Positions 1 to 8,944 are shown, counted from the stretch's first letter. The stretch is DNA of 64,000 bases from an uncultured bacterium (GCA_949296355.1 CASFPS010000002.1:10781-74780), one strand, 5' to 3'. Numbers and translations: made by a program. Notes: a model not told the origin generated them from the letters alone.

Positions 1-1
1 T

Positions 2-667
2 AAACCTCAGGTTGCTTACAGAGAAACAATCAGAGGAACTGCCGATCAGGATTCTAAATTCGTTCGTCAGTCAGGCGGTAAAGGTCAGTACGGTCACGTT
101 AAAATCAAAATATCTCCGGCAGAAGAAAATGCAGGATTTGTATTTGAAAACAAAATCGTCGGCGGTGCTATTCCTAAGGAATACATTGAGCCTGCAAGAA
201 AAGGTATGGAAGAAGCTCTTGAAGGCGGTATCTTAGCCGGCTATCCTATGATTGACGTTAAGGTTGAACTTTATGATGGTTCTTACCACGAAGTCGACTC
301 TTCTGAAATGGCGTTCAAGATTGCCGGTTCTATGGCAATCAAAGACGGTGCTAAAAAAGCGCAGCCTTGCATTTTGGAACCTATGATGAAGGTTGAAATT
401 GAAATTCCTGATGAATTTACAGGTACAATCATCGGTGATATTTCAAGAAGAAGAGGACGTGTAGAAGGTCAGGAACCGCAGGGCAATACCGGAAACGTTA
501 TAGTAAGAGCGGTTGTACCTCTTGCTAACATGTTCGGTTACGCAACTGACTTGAGATCTAATACTCAGGGACGCGGAACTTTCTCTATGGAATTCCAGAA
601 ATACGAACAGGTTCCTGCTAACATCGAAAAAGAAATTATCGAAAAAGCGGGAGCGAGCAAAGGCTAA
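2..667 (+). CDS. fusA: Elongation factor G, C-terminal ~220 aa (5' end outside window)
   Basis: Frame open from nt 2 ([33 protein letters not shown]...) and continuous with ORF 206..667 ([52 protein letters not shown]). Stop TAA at 665-667. Confidence 0.95.
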   Translation, partial: KPQVAYRETIRGTADQDSKFVRQSGGKGQYGHVKIKISPAEENAGFVFENKIVGGAIPKEYIEPARKGMEEALEGGILAGYPMIDVKVELYDGSYHEVDSSEMAFKIAGSMAIKDGAKKAQPCILEPMMKVEIEIPDEFTGTIIGDISRRRGRVEGQEPQGNTGNVIVRAVVPLANMFGYATDLRSNTQGRGTFSMEFQKYEQVPANIEKEIIEKAGASKG

Positions 668-854
668 TGCCTTTTTGCAGAGATAACAGATTTATTTCTG
701 CAAAAAGCTGTGCCGTATAACGCGAACGACCAAGACAGCGGGAGCGAGCAAAGGCTAATGCCTTTTTGCAGAGATAACAGATTTATTTCTGCAAAAAGCT
801 GTGCCGTATAACGCGAGCGACCAAGACAGCGGGAGCGAGCAAAGGCTAATGCCT
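647..854. repeat. 91-bp tandem repeat, 2.3 copies, each copy starting with the last 18 nt of fusA plus its stop codon
   Basis: GCGGGAGCGAGCAAAGGCTAATGCC starts at 647, 738 and 829 (period 91). Copies 1 and 2 differ by 1 nt. Each unit holds the hairpin TTTTGCAGA-N15-TCTGCAAAA. Confidence 0.9.
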
Positions 855-866
855 AGATAAATATTT

Positions 867-902
867 AAAATCGGCGGATGAAACTTCATCCGCCGATTTT
901 TT
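867..902 (+). terminator. Rho-independent terminator after fusA
   Basis: AAAATCGGCGGATGAA-ac-TTCATCCGCCGATTTT followed by TT. Confidence 0.85.
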
Positions 903-985
903 CCGGAAAACTTTTAGAAACCTCCTGCTTGAAAAATATTTCCGGCTTTGCTAAGATTAAACAAAGTCTTAAGGAGTACATATCA

Positions 986-1594
986 ATGTTAATTCAACCG
1001 ATTAAGGGATATAGAACCGGAGTTGTAAGACCGGTATTCAGGAGTAATGGTGATAATAGTTTGAAATCATCAGATATTACAAAATTAGATTCAAAAGTTG
1101 TAATAGGCAGGGCTCCGGGAAATTGCAGGTATGAGTATCATCAGTATAAAATTGATAATAATATTTTAGACAGAGATTTGCAGTTTTTAAAAAATAATTA
1201 TGGTGTTGATACACTGATTGATTTACGTGCTGAAAAAATTGAAGGGACGGAAATCCGCAAGGAAGCCGGAGCTGCCAAACGGGCAGGAATGAATTATCTT
1301 AACCTGCAGCTCGATGGTGCTATTGCTCCAAAGCCGGAGGAGATTAAGAGTTTTTTCGGCACAATTGATAATGCAAAGGGAAATGTTTACGTTCATTGTC
1401 ATATGGGACATGACAGAACCGGAATTATGTCAGCCTGCTACCTTGCAAAAGTTCATAAACTGAATGAAGAGTACGCTTTTCAAAAAGTTTTTGATGAAAG
1501 AGGAGTAACCCGACTGAAATATATGTACGGTCATCCTGATGAGTGCAAAAAATTGACTAATATGCTTAAGTATTTAAAATTTTTCTGTAAATAA
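986..1594 (+). CDS. Cys-based protein tyrosine/dual-specificity phosphatase family protein
   Basis: CX5R active-site loop VHCHMGHDRTG. Start moved to ATG 986 (AAGGAG 8 nt upstream) because the ORF-track start 878 lies inside the fusA terminator. Confidence 0.7.
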   Translation: MLIQPIKGYRTGVVRPVFRSNGDNSLKSSDITKLDSKVVIGRAPGNCRYEYHQYKIDNNILDRDLQFLKNNYGVDTLIDLRAEKIEGTEIRKEAGAAKRAGMNYLNLQLDGAIAPKPEEIKSFFGTIDNAKGNVYVHCHMGHDRTGIMSACYLAKVHKLNEEYAFQKVFDERGVTRLKYMYGHPDECKKLTNMLKYLKFFCK

Positions 1595-3034
1595 TCAGAT
1601 TAAAGATTTATACATTTCTAAGTATTTTTTAGCACTTTCTCTCCAGCTAAAGTCTGCTTCCATAGCAGATTTTCTCATGGCATTCAGTGTATATTTGTCT
1701 TTGTAAACATACATTGCGGTAAGGATAGCGTCTTTCATTGCCCAACCGTCATAACCCCAGAATTTGAAGCCGGTTGAATTGTCAAGCGGGTAGCCTGTTA
1801 CGGTATCTTCAAGCCCTCCGGTTGCGCGGACGATTGGAAGTGAGCCATAGTGCATTGCAATTAATTGCGAAAGTCCGCAAGGTTCAAATTTTGAAGGCAT
1901 CAGGAAGAAATCAGAGCCGGCATAAATCCGGTTTGCTAAATCTCCTCTGTATCCTACATAAGTTCTTATGTTCGGAGTGTTGTTGGAAAGCCAGATAAAC
2001 AGGTTTTCATACGTTTTATCACCGGAGCCGAGGAAAATAAAATCGGCTTCTAGATTTCTTAAATCATTTTCAACAGAGCGGATTAAATCAAGTCCTTTTT
2101 GTTCTACGAGTCTTGAAATTAGGGCAATAAGCGGTCTTTCAGGGTTATATTTAAGTCCGAAGTATTCAAGAATTTTCTTTTTGTTTTCTTCTTTATTTTC
2201 AATAGAATTTACATCATAATTTTTTACAATTGATTTGTCGGTTTTAGGATTAAAAACATCATAATCAATACCGTTCACAATTCCTACAAGCTTATCAGTA
2301 TGCCCTCTTAAGGTATAATCCATACCTTCACCGTATTCTCCGGTCAGAATTTCTCTTGCATAATTAGGAGAAACCGCAACAATTCTGTCAGCATAATTGA
2401 TTGCGCCTTTCATCCAGTTAACACGTCCGTAGTGCTCGCAGCCCCATTCATTAAAGACAATATCTTTTCTCATATTTGCAAAATCAAGAATATCTTCAAA
2501 CCAGACTCCTTGATAAGCAAGATTATGAATTTCAAACACGTTTTTAGTCTTTGACCAGAATTCGTCAAACTTATAATTTGCTTTTATATACAAAGGTATC
2601 ATTGCAGTGTGCCAGTCGTTAGAGTGAATTATATCAGCCCTAAAATTCAATTGCTTTGCGTATTCTAGCGTTGCAAGAGAGAAGGCAATATATCTTTCGT
2701 GTTCATAGCGCGGGTCAAGCCATTTAGGATAAACTTCCTGAAAGCAGGAAAAATACCAGTCATTTTGGACAAAAAATACGTTAATATTTGTTCCCGGAAG
2801 TTTTGCAATATGGAGTTTAAATTTTTGCGGAGAATAGCCGAAAGTTATCCACATTTCAGAGTTTTCTAATTCTTTTAATCCCCACCTGTTATAATCAATA
2901 CATCCGTGAAGCGGGGTAAAGATTGCAATTTCAGCATCTTTTTCCAACGCTTTAGGTAAACTGCCCACCACATCAGAAAGCCCTCCGGCTTTGGAAAAAG
3001 GCGCAACTTCTGCCGACGCAAACAATATTTTCAT
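1595..3034 (-). CDS. glgA: Glycogen (starch) synthase
   Basis: N-terminus MKILFASAEVAPFSKAGGLSDVVGSLPKAL, 479 aa, GT5/GT1 two-domain length. Confidence 0.92.
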   Translation of the reverse strand: MKILFASAEVAPFSKAGGLSDVVGSLPKALEKDAEIAIFTPLHGCIDYNRWGLKELENSEMWITFGYSPQKFKLHIAKLPGTNINVFFVQNDWYFSCFQEVYPKWLDPRYEHERYIAFSLATLEYAKQLNFRADIIHSNDWHTAMIPLYIKANYKFDEFWSKTKNVFEIHNLAYQGVWFEDILDFANMRKDIVFNEWGCEHYGRVNWMKGAINYADRIVAVSPNYAREILTGEYGEGMDYTLRGHTDKLVGIVNGIDYDVFNPKTDKSIVKNYDVNSIENKEENKKKILEYFGLKYNPERPLIALISRLVEQKGLDLIRSVENDLRNLEADFIFLGSGDKTYENLFIWLSNNTPNIRTYVGYRGDLANRIYAGSDFFLMPSKFEPCGLSQLIAMHYGSLPIVRATGGLEDTVTGYPLDNSTGFKFWGYDGWAMKDAILTAMYVYKDKYTLNAMRKSAMEADFSWRESAKKYLEMYKSLI

Positions 3035-3166
3035 ATATTATACTCCTACTCTCTCTTTGATTTGTGATAAATGATTATAGAATGTTGATTTTTCAAAATC
3101 AAGCAAATGTACGATTTTATTCATATTTGTTAAAGTTTTTATATTTATTTACGTTTTTTATGTGAA

Positions 3167-3466
3167 ATGTATAAAATATTTCAAAAAGTAAATGTCAACA
3201 TCTGTATCCTGATTATTCTTCCCGTACTATTTTATCTGGGAATAGAATTTTTGGTTCACTATAATACACATTCAATTTGTATTTTTAAACTGATAACCGG
3301 TCATAACTGCCCGGGCTGCGGTATGACAAGAGCGTTCAGTGCACTTTTTCAATTAAAGCTCCATCGAGCTTTTGAACTTAACCCCAGAATAATTATTGTT
3401 GCTCCGCTATTAATCTATATATGGATAGCAACCTTAGTAAGAGAAATAAAATATAAAAACAGTTAA
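3167..3466 (+). CDS. DUF2752-like small membrane protein
   Basis: CPGCGMTRA motif flanked by two hydrophobic helices. Confidence 0.55.
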   Translation: MYKIFQKVNVNICILIILPVLFYLGIEFLVHYNTHSICIFKLITGHNCPGCGMTRAFSALFQLKLHRAFELNPRIIIVAPLLIYIWIATLVREIKYKNS

Positions 3467-3511
3467 TGGAAGAGAGCCGATTTTCGGCGCAAGAAAAGAA
3501 AGAGGTTTATT

Positions 3512-3823
3512 ATGCAACAACCAAAAAGCTACACTGCAACACTATTGTTATCATTCTTTTTAGGCGGTTTTGGGATTCATAGATTCTACACCGGCTACAT
3601 AGGAATCGGTATTTTACAGCTTTTAACCGGCGGCGGCTGCGGTATCTGGACACTGATTGATTTTATCAGTATTTGCTTTAACAAATATCAAGACGCTAAC
3701 GGTGAAGATTTAGGCGGTTATAGTGAAACGTTAGGCAAAGTTTTCTTCTTTATCTGGTTAGCACTTTTTGTTCTTACCATTCTGACTTACTCATCAGCAA
3801 TTATAACAGGTTTGAAAGGATAA
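3512..3823 (+). CDS. TM2 domain protein
   Basis: LLSFFLGGFGIHRFYTGYIGIGILQLLTGGGCGIWTLIDFI is the TM2 signature. Confidence 0.75.
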   Translation: MQQPKSYTATLLLSFFLGGFGIHRFYTGYIGIGILQLLTGGGCGIWTLIDFISICFNKYQDANGEDLGGYSETLGKVFFFIWLALFVLTILTYSSAIITGLKG

Positions 3824-3829
3824 TATAAT

Positions 3830-4255
3830 ATGGCTATGAAAAAATGTCCCAATTGCGGTGCGGAAATTCCCGAAGAGGCTACGCGCTGCTATAATTGTAA
3901 AGAATGGATTCAAAATATAAATAACACTCCTGTAGATAATCCTCCGGAATTTCTGGCAACACTTCTTTTTGCCTGGTTTCTCGGATGTTTCGGTGTACAT
4001 CGGTTCTACACGGGAAATATTCCTATAGGTGTGGCTCAACTCCTTACACTCGGCGGATGCGGAATCTGGTCATATATTGACCTTATCTTGATATGCTTTA
4101 ATAAGTTCAAAGACGGCAAAGGAAGATATTTTAAAGACTATAGTCCAAATATCGGCATAACTGTATTTGTAATAAGTCTTATTCCTATCGGATTAATTCT
4201 GTTACTTGTATTTTGCATATTTCTTGCTGTCATAATTCCGGGGGCAGCATCATGA
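3830..4255 (+). CDS. Zinc-ribbon plus TM2 domain protein
   Basis: N-terminal CPNCG...CYNC ribbon, then FLGCFGVHRFYTGNIPIGVAQLLTLGGCGIWSYIDL. Confidence 0.75.
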   Translation: MAMKKCPNCGAEIPEEATRCYNCKEWIQNINNTPVDNPPEFLATLLFAWFLGCFGVHRFYTGNIPIGVAQLLTLGGCGIWSYIDLILICFNKFKDGKGRYFKDYSPNIGITVFVISLIPIGLILLLVFCIFLAVIIPGAAS

Positions 4256-4662
4256 GTAAAATTTTATGTCCTTATTGCAGGCAGGAAATTGAAGATACAG
4301 ACAAAGTATGTCCGTTTTGCACAACCAAACTCGCAAGCAATAATTATAAATCCCTTCTCCTCCCTATGGGGTTGGGGTTAAGTATACTATGGGCTGCTGC
4401 AAATTTAATCGGGTTTATCATACTCGGACATTGTGAGCAGCTTCTGACAATGAAAGATAAAGACGGTGATTTAATGTTTTCACTCGTTGAATATATAGAA
4501 ATATGTATTCAACCGATTGTTGTAGCATTAGTACCGTATATTATTGCAATTATAAAAAAATACAAAACAAAAGAAGCAGTTACCGGCATAGGTATATGTA
4601 TAATTTTGGCGATTATATTTATTACATATTTTATTCATTTGCAGAAACTTGCCGGAGTGTAG
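4252..4662 (+). CDS. Zinc-ribbon membrane protein, unknown function
   Basis: ATGA start/stop overlap with the upstream gene. MSKILCPYCRQEIEDTDKVCPFCTTKL followed by 3 predicted TM helices. Confidence 0.5.
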   Translation: MSKILCPYCRQEIEDTDKVCPFCTTKLASNNYKSLLLPMGLGLSILWAAANLIGFIILGHCEQLLTMKDKDGDLMFSLVEYIEICIQPIVVALVPYIIAIIKKYKTKEAVTGIGICIILAIIFITYFIHLQKLAGV

Positions 4663-4672
4663 AACAAAAGAG

Positions 4673-4703
4673 ATGCGGCGGAGCCAGAATGGCTCCGCCG
4701 CAT
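4673..4703. terminator. Bidirectional hairpin terminator between convergent genes
   Basis: ATGCGGCGGAGCC-agaa-TGGCTCCGCCGCAT. Confidence 0.7.
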
Positions 4704-4705
4704 AT

Positions 4706-5461
4706 TTATCTGCAATCATTTTTATACTCTTCGTAGCACTGCCTCAACTCTCCATAATCAAGATTTGTTTTGGGACGAAAAACAACAAGCCTGTCCTGTT
4801 TTTCAATGATATCCAGATATTTTTCGATTATATGATAATGTTCTCTTTCCGGATAATCGTGAAACAGTATTGTTATATTGCCTTTTGATTCAAGAAGTGA
4901 TTTTAATACGCAGGCAACACGGAATCTTCCGTCAACAAGAATTGTATCAAAGTATGACGGATGGTCTTTAAATACTTCACCAGAGTATTTGTAATAATTA
5001 TCAATCCCTGTATCATCAACCGGAAATCCCCATGCGCCGGTTTTTCCGATATCAATATGAATAAAAGAAAGCCTGCTTGTATTCAGTGCATTTTTAATTA
5101 TCTTCCAGGATGATAAATATTGTATCCAGGTTAAGTCTGATTCAACAGAAAAAATCTTTTTGATATTAGAGATGGTAAGAGCTGTAAAAGTCGAGCCTCC
5201 GGATCCGAATTCCAGATAATATTCAGCATTGTTTAAATATTTCTTTAAAACCCCCAGTTCTTCTTTATTCATTGCGTTCGGGAAGACTGCAGGGCTATCC
5301 TCCTGACAATGGATTTGATATAACATCATATCCTGAATACTCTTCCGCTGTTTTGAAGTCATTTGTTCTAAATCCGCAATCCGTTCTTTTAAAACTGCCG
5401 GATTTTCAATATTTAAACATTTCATTATATATTTTTTAATTTTTTGTTTTAACTTCTTCAT
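4706..5461 (-). CDS. Hypothetical protein, possible class I SAM-methyltransferase-like fold
   Basis: Gly-rich LEFGSGGSTF and a downstream VDGRFRVAC motif only. Weak assignment. Confidence 0.35.
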   Translation of the reverse strand: MKKLKQKIKKYIMKCLNIENPAVLKERIADLEQMTSKQRKSIQDMMLYQIHCQEDSPAVFPNAMNKEELGVLKKYLNNAEYYLEFGSGGSTFTALTISNIKKIFSVESDLTWIQYLSSWKIIKNALNTSRLSFIHIDIGKTGAWGFPVDDTGIDNYYKYSGEVFKDHPSYFDTILVDGRFRVACVLKSLLESKGNITILFHDYPEREHYHIIEKYLDIIEKQDRLVVFRPKTNLDYGELRQCYEEYKNDCR

Positions 5462-5463
5462 TC

Positions 5464-7338
5464 TTATTTCCCGAGCATAACCATTAATACGGAAATATCA
5501 GCCGGCTTAACACCCCCGATACGGGACGCCTGCGCAAGATTCTGCGGTCTGATTTTTTCAAGCTTCTCTCTGGTTTCGGTTGATATGTGCTTAATTTGTG
5601 AATAATCTATATTTGCCGGAATCCTGTATTTTTCAAGCTTTTCACTTGTCTCAACCTGCTGTTCCTGACGCTTAATATAACCGTCATATTTAATCAAAAC
5701 TTCCGCTTCCTCAGAGATGTCGTCACTCAAGTTCAAATTTCTTGTTTCTTCGTCGCATTCTTTAAAAATTTTGTATGTAATATTAGGGCGCTTTAGAAGT
5801 TCAGCAAGGCGCATTCCCCTGTCAATATGCTCGCCGTACTTTGCAAGAACCTGATTGACTTCCTCTGTTGCCGGAAGTTTTGTTTCTTTAAGTCTTTCGA
5901 TTTCTTTTTGAATGCTCTCCTGCTTATTCAAAAATCTTTGATATTGAGCTTCATCAATCAAACCTATTTTATGTCCGATTTCTGTTAATCTCTCATCAGC
6001 ATTATCCTGTCTCAAAAGCAGCCTGTATTCAGAGCGGGAAGTCAACATTCTATAAGGCTCCTGAATATCTTTTGTAACCAAATCGTCAATCAAAGTTCCG
6101 ATATATGATGAAGCCCTTGAAAGTTCCAGAGGCTCTGAATTATTCAGATAATTAACGGAATTTATGCCCGCAATCAATCCCTGCGCCGCGGCTTCTTCGT
6201 ATCCGCTTGTACCGTTAATTTGTCCTGCAAAAAATAGTCCTTCAATATCTTTTGACATCAAAGAATGCTTTGTCTGAACTGCCGGAACGTAGTCGTATTC
6301 TACGGCATAAGCCGGTTTAATAATGTGGGCATTTTCTAATCCCGGAAGCGAGCGGAGCATTTCTACCTGAACGCAAGCAGGAAGGCTTGTAGAAAATCCC
6401 TGAATATAAACTTCATAAGTATTTAACCCTTCCGGCTCAATAAAGATATGATGGGAAGGATTTGAAGCAAACCTTACTATTTTATCCTCTATAGAAGGGC
6501 AATACCTCGGTCCAACGCCTTGAATCAACCCCCGATACATCGGCGACTTGTCCAGATTTGCGCGGATTATTGAATGTGTTTCCTCATTTGTTCTTGTAAG
6601 ATAGCAAGGAACCTGCGGGCGGACAGGGCGGTTCGGCTTAAAAGAATAAAAACTTAACTTTTCATCCCCCGGCTGAACCTCCATTTTCGAATAATCAATT
6701 GTTCTTTTATCAACACGAGCCGGAGTACCTGTTTTAAGCTTTTTGGTTATAATACCGTGGTCTCTTAAAGACTGCGAAAGCCCGATTGCGGCTCTTTCTC
6801 CGAGCCTTCCGCCGGAATAAGCCTGCAAACCTACATACATTTTTCCTTCAAGAGAAGTTCCCGTCGTCAGAATTATTGCACGGCAGGAATATTCAAGCCC
6901 ATACTCATCAATTGCGCCGGTTATTTTTCCGTCCTTGACTTTAATATCTGTAATACAGGTCTGCTTTATCCAGATATTGTCTGTACTTTCCAGAATATGA
7001 CGCATATAATTTGTGTATTCTTTTTTATCCGATTGCGCTCTCAATGCTCTGACTGCCGGACCCTTTGAAGAATTAAGAGTTTTCATCTGGATATAAGTAG
7101 CGTCCGCAACTTCGCCCATAACTCCCCCGAGAGCGTCAATTTCTCTAACAAGAGTAGATTTTGCAGGACCTCCGATTGCAGGGTTACACGGCTGAAGAGC
7201 AATATTATCAACATTTAAAGTGCACAAAAGAACATTGGAGCCTAATTTAGCAGCGCTCAATGCGGCTTCGCACCCTGCGTGTCCCGCACCTACGACGATA
7301 ATATCAAATTTGTTATTTAAATAATCCCGGCTGTTCAT
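5464..7338 (-). CDS. mnmG: tRNA uridine 5-carboxymethylaminomethyl modification enzyme MnmG (GidA)
   Basis: FDIIVVGAGHAGCEAALSAAKLG FAD motif, 624 aa, GPRYCPSIEDK motif. Confidence 0.95.
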   Translation of the reverse strand: MNSRDYLNNKFDIIVVGAGHAGCEAALSAAKLGSNVLLCTLNVDNIALQPCNPAIGGPAKSTLVREIDALGGVMGEVADATYIQMKTLNSSKGPAVRALRAQSDKKEYTNYMRHILESTDNIWIKQTCITDIKVKDGKITGAIDEYGLEYSCRAIILTTGTSLEGKMYVGLQAYSGGRLGERAAIGLSQSLRDHGIITKKLKTGTPARVDKRTIDYSKMEVQPGDEKLSFYSFKPNRPVRPQVPCYLTRTNEETHSIIRANLDKSPMYRGLIQGVGPRYCPSIEDKIVRFASNPSHHIFIEPEGLNTYEVYIQGFSTSLPACVQVEMLRSLPGLENAHIIKPAYAVEYDYVPAVQTKHSLMSKDIEGLFFAGQINGTSGYEEAAAQGLIAGINSVNYLNNSEPLELSRASSYIGTLIDDLVTKDIQEPYRMLTSRSEYRLLLRQDNADERLTEIGHKIGLIDEAQYQRFLNKQESIQKEIERLKETKLPATEEVNQVLAKYGEHIDRGMRLAELLKRPNITYKIFKECDEETRNLNLSDDISEEAEVLIKYDGYIKRQEQQVETSEKLEKYRIPANIDYSQIKHISTETREKLEKIRPQNLAQASRIGGVKPADISVLMVMLGK

Positions 7339-7375
7339 AGGTTAATTATATAATAAAAAGTAATTATGTGAACGC

Positions 7376-7403
7376 TTGAAAAATAAAAAAAATAGGTTAA
7401 AAT
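7376..7403 (+). promoter_or_regulatory. Sigma-70-type promoter TTGAAA-N16-TAAAAT
   Basis: TTGAAA at 7376-7381 and TAAAAT at 7398-7403. It faces the hairpin terminator at 7468-7503, with no ORF in between. Confidence 0.4.
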
Positions 7404-7409
7404 AAGAAT

Positions 7410-7503
7410 ACAGGCAAGGGCAGCGTTAGTGCCCGAGCCCATGTCCTAACTAAAGGACTTTTAGGGTAAGAACTATTATTAGCATTAATAATAGTTCTTT
7501 TTC
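7410..7503 (+). ncRNA. Candidate ~95-nt small RNA (promoter to terminator), unknown family
   Basis: Three predicted hairpins (GGGCA/TGCCC, GTCC/GGAC, and a 14-bp AAGAACTATTATTA stem) followed by a T-run. Antisense to a 23-codon ORF. Confidence 0.3.
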
Positions 7504-7521
7504 GCTAATTTTGACTATCAT
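7450..7521 (-). CDS. Candidate 23-aa hydrophobic peptide upstream of mnmG
   Basis: AAGGAGG 5 nt before ATG 7521. Encodes MIVKISEKELLLMLIIVLTLKVL. Below the ORF-track cutoff. Confidence 0.25.
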   Translation of the reverse strand: MIVKISEKELLLMLIIVLTLKVL

Positions 7522-7665
7522 AAAACCTCCTTTCTTTAGCGAAAATTAGCGTTTTAAATAATCAAAATTTTTAGCCCGTATTCTTTTTTATCTTAATATA
7601 AAACGGAAAATATATCAATTAAAAAATATGTTTTTATACCTGTAATTATATTGTATAATTCTGGT

Positions 7666-8373
7666 ATGAAATATCTCAGGTCATTAATTGCTGTATTTTG
7701 TTTTGGAATATTTGGCACAGGTTCAATTATTCTAAACTTTCTCCTGTTTCCTTTTATTAAAAATAATAAAGAGTTGTGTTCGGATATTATTCATGTAGTC
7801 TGGAAATTTTTTCTGTATCTGATGATGTTTTTTGGACTTTTCAGACTTGATATCAAAAATCTCGGAAAAATTGAAAATAAAATTATTGCAGCAACCCACC
7901 CGAGTTTTATTGATATAGTAATTTTAATCGGGCTTATTCCGAGAACAACCTGCGTTGTAAAAGAGGCGCTTGCGCATAATCCGATTTTGAAACACATTAT
8001 CGGAAGCATTTTTATCACAAATGACGTTGATATTGAGGTTTTGAAAGCAGATTCTAAAAAGATGCTTGATAAAGGGTTTAATTTTGTTGTATTTCCGGCA
8101 GGAAGAAGACATAGAAAAGATGAGCATTTGAAGATGAAAAAAGGCGCCGCTTTAATTGCTCTGAATGCCGGTAAGAACATTGTTCCGGTTAAGATTACTA
8201 ATGACGGAGATTTTTTGTATATCCACGAACCTTTTTATGCGGTAAATAGCAGGTGTATAACTTTTGAACTCGAACAAATGCCTGAAATTAATATAAATGA
8301 TTATTCAAATGATACGGAAATATCTGCAAAACACAAAATTACAAAACAACTTGAAGCAGAATTATATAATTGA
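7666..8373 (+). CDS. Lysophospholipid/1-acyl-glycerol-3-phosphate acyltransferase family protein (ApeD-like)
   Basis: HX4D box (THPSFIDIV) and FPAGRR box. ATG 7666 preferred over the TTG at 7651. Confidence 0.75.
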   Translation: MKYLRSLIAVFCFGIFGTGSIILNFLLFPFIKNNKELCSDIIHVVWKFFLYLMMFFGLFRLDIKNLGKIENKIIAATHPSFIDIVILIGLIPRTTCVVKEALAHNPILKHIIGSIFITNDVDIEVLKADSKKMLDKGFNFVVFPAGRRHRKDEHLKMKKGAALIALNAGKNIVPVKITNDGDFLYIHEPFYAVNSRCITFELEQMPEININDYSNDTEISAKHKITKQLEAELYN

Positions 8374-8482
8374 ACATTTAAAATAAAATATCAAGGGGCA
8401 AACCTGTATCTTTTTAAGAAACGTCAGCACAACAAAATACTTTAGCCATAGGCTGATAGTTTCAAGGAAAGGAGGGCAGATT

Positions 8483-8563
8483 ATGGAAAATATCAATTTA
8501 TGTCTTATGATTTTATTTTTGATTTTATTCATAATAAAAAATGACACCCATCAATTAAGATAG
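8483..8563 (+). CDS. 26-aa hydrophobic peptide, candidate type I toxin (copy 1)
   Basis: AGGAGG 7 nt upstream of ATG. Encodes MENINLCLMILFLILFIIKNDTHQLR. The paralog keeps the same length and hydrophobic core. Confidence 0.5.
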   Translation: MENINLCLMILFLILFIIKNDTHQLR

Positions 8564-8614
8564 ATGTCACTTTAGCCATTTACAGGTTACGGCAGTAGCA
8601 GCTGCCGCCCCGAT
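8534..8614 (-). ncRNA. Candidate antisense antitoxin RNA (copy 1), ~80 nt
   Basis: Driven by TTGAAA-N16-TATAAT. Ends in the hairpin UGACAUCUAUC-uuaauu-GAUGGGUGUCA plus UUUUUU. G.U wobbles occur only in the minus sense. Confidence 0.45.
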
Positions 8615-8620
8615 ATTTTT

Positions 8621-8648
8621 ATTATAACCTATTTTGCGGATTTTTCAA
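8621..8648 (-). promoter_or_regulatory. Sigma-70 promoter TTGAAA-N16-TATAAT for antisense RNA (copy 1)
   Basis: -35 at 8648-8643 and -10 at 8626-8621, read on the minus strand. Confidence 0.55.
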
Positions 8649-8666
8649 CCGCAATAAGTAACTTAA

Positions 8667-8695
8667 TTGATTTAAACTTTTAATTTCAATAAAAT
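8667..8695 (+). promoter_or_regulatory. Sigma-70 promoter TTGATT-N17-TAAAAT for toxin mRNA (copy 2)
   Basis: -35 at 8667-8672 and -10 at 8690-8695. Homology between the two modules begins about 6 nt downstream, at the expected TSS. Confidence 0.55.
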
Positions 8696-8810
8696 AAGAA
8701 TTGAACATTCAAAATAAAATATCAAGGGGCAAACCTGTATTTCTAAAGAACTTCGGCACAACAGATATACTTCGATTTCGGTCGATAGTTCCGAAAGAAA
8801 GGAGGTCATT

Positions 8811-8891
8811 ATGGAGAATATCAATTTAACGTTAGCGTTGATTTTATTGATTTTATTCATAATAAAAAGTAGCACTTACCCGAAAAGATAA
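8811..8891 (+). CDS. 26-aa hydrophobic peptide, candidate type I toxin (copy 2)
   Basis: GGAGG 5 nt upstream of ATG. Encodes MENINLTLALILLILFIIKSSTYPKR. Confidence 0.5.
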   Translation: MENINLTLALILLILFIIKSSTYPKR

Positions 8892-8944
8892 GTGCCACTT
8901 CGATTTCTTAAACAGGTTACGGCAGTAGCAGCTGCCGCCCCGAT
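8863..8944 (-). ncRNA. Candidate antisense antitoxin RNA (copy 2), ~80 nt
   Basis: Promoter at 8978-8951. Terminator is a 12-bp stem (GUGGCACUUAUC/GGUAAGUGCUAC) with two wobble pairs in the minus sense only, then UUUUU. Confidence 0.45.

Larger units (their letters stand above)
8370..8648. repeat. Type I TA-like module, copy 1
   Basis: About 280 bp paralogous to 8701..8978. The shared 5' block is TTGAACATTyAAAATAAAATATCAAGGGGCAAACCTGTAT. The shared 3' block is ACAGGTTACGGCAGTAGCAGCTGCCGCCCCGATATTTTTATTATAACCTATTTTGCGGATTTTTCAA. Confidence 0.9.

Noticed and set aside
12-236. 74-aa ORF at the window start
   Set aside because: It is out of frame within the clearly conserved fusA coding sequence.
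878-985. N-terminal extension of the phosphatase ORF (track start 878)
   Set aside because: The first codons lie inside the fusA terminator hairpin. An internal ATG at 986 has an AAGGAG SD.
7651-7665. TTG start for the acyltransferase, and a possible leaderless mRNA from TGTATAAT at 7652-7659
   Set aside because: The TTG overlaps the putative -10 box. A leaderless start at ATG 7666 is possible but cannot be judged from sequence alone, so it is not reported as a finding.
8362-8547. 61-aa minus-strand ORF from the track, and its paralog at 8672..8875
   Set aside because: Both are antisense to the SD-preceded 26-codon ORFs and have no SD of their own. Their similarity is explained by nucleotide conservation of the RNA modules, and they run through the predicted sRNA terminator and promoter. 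I treat them as non-coding.
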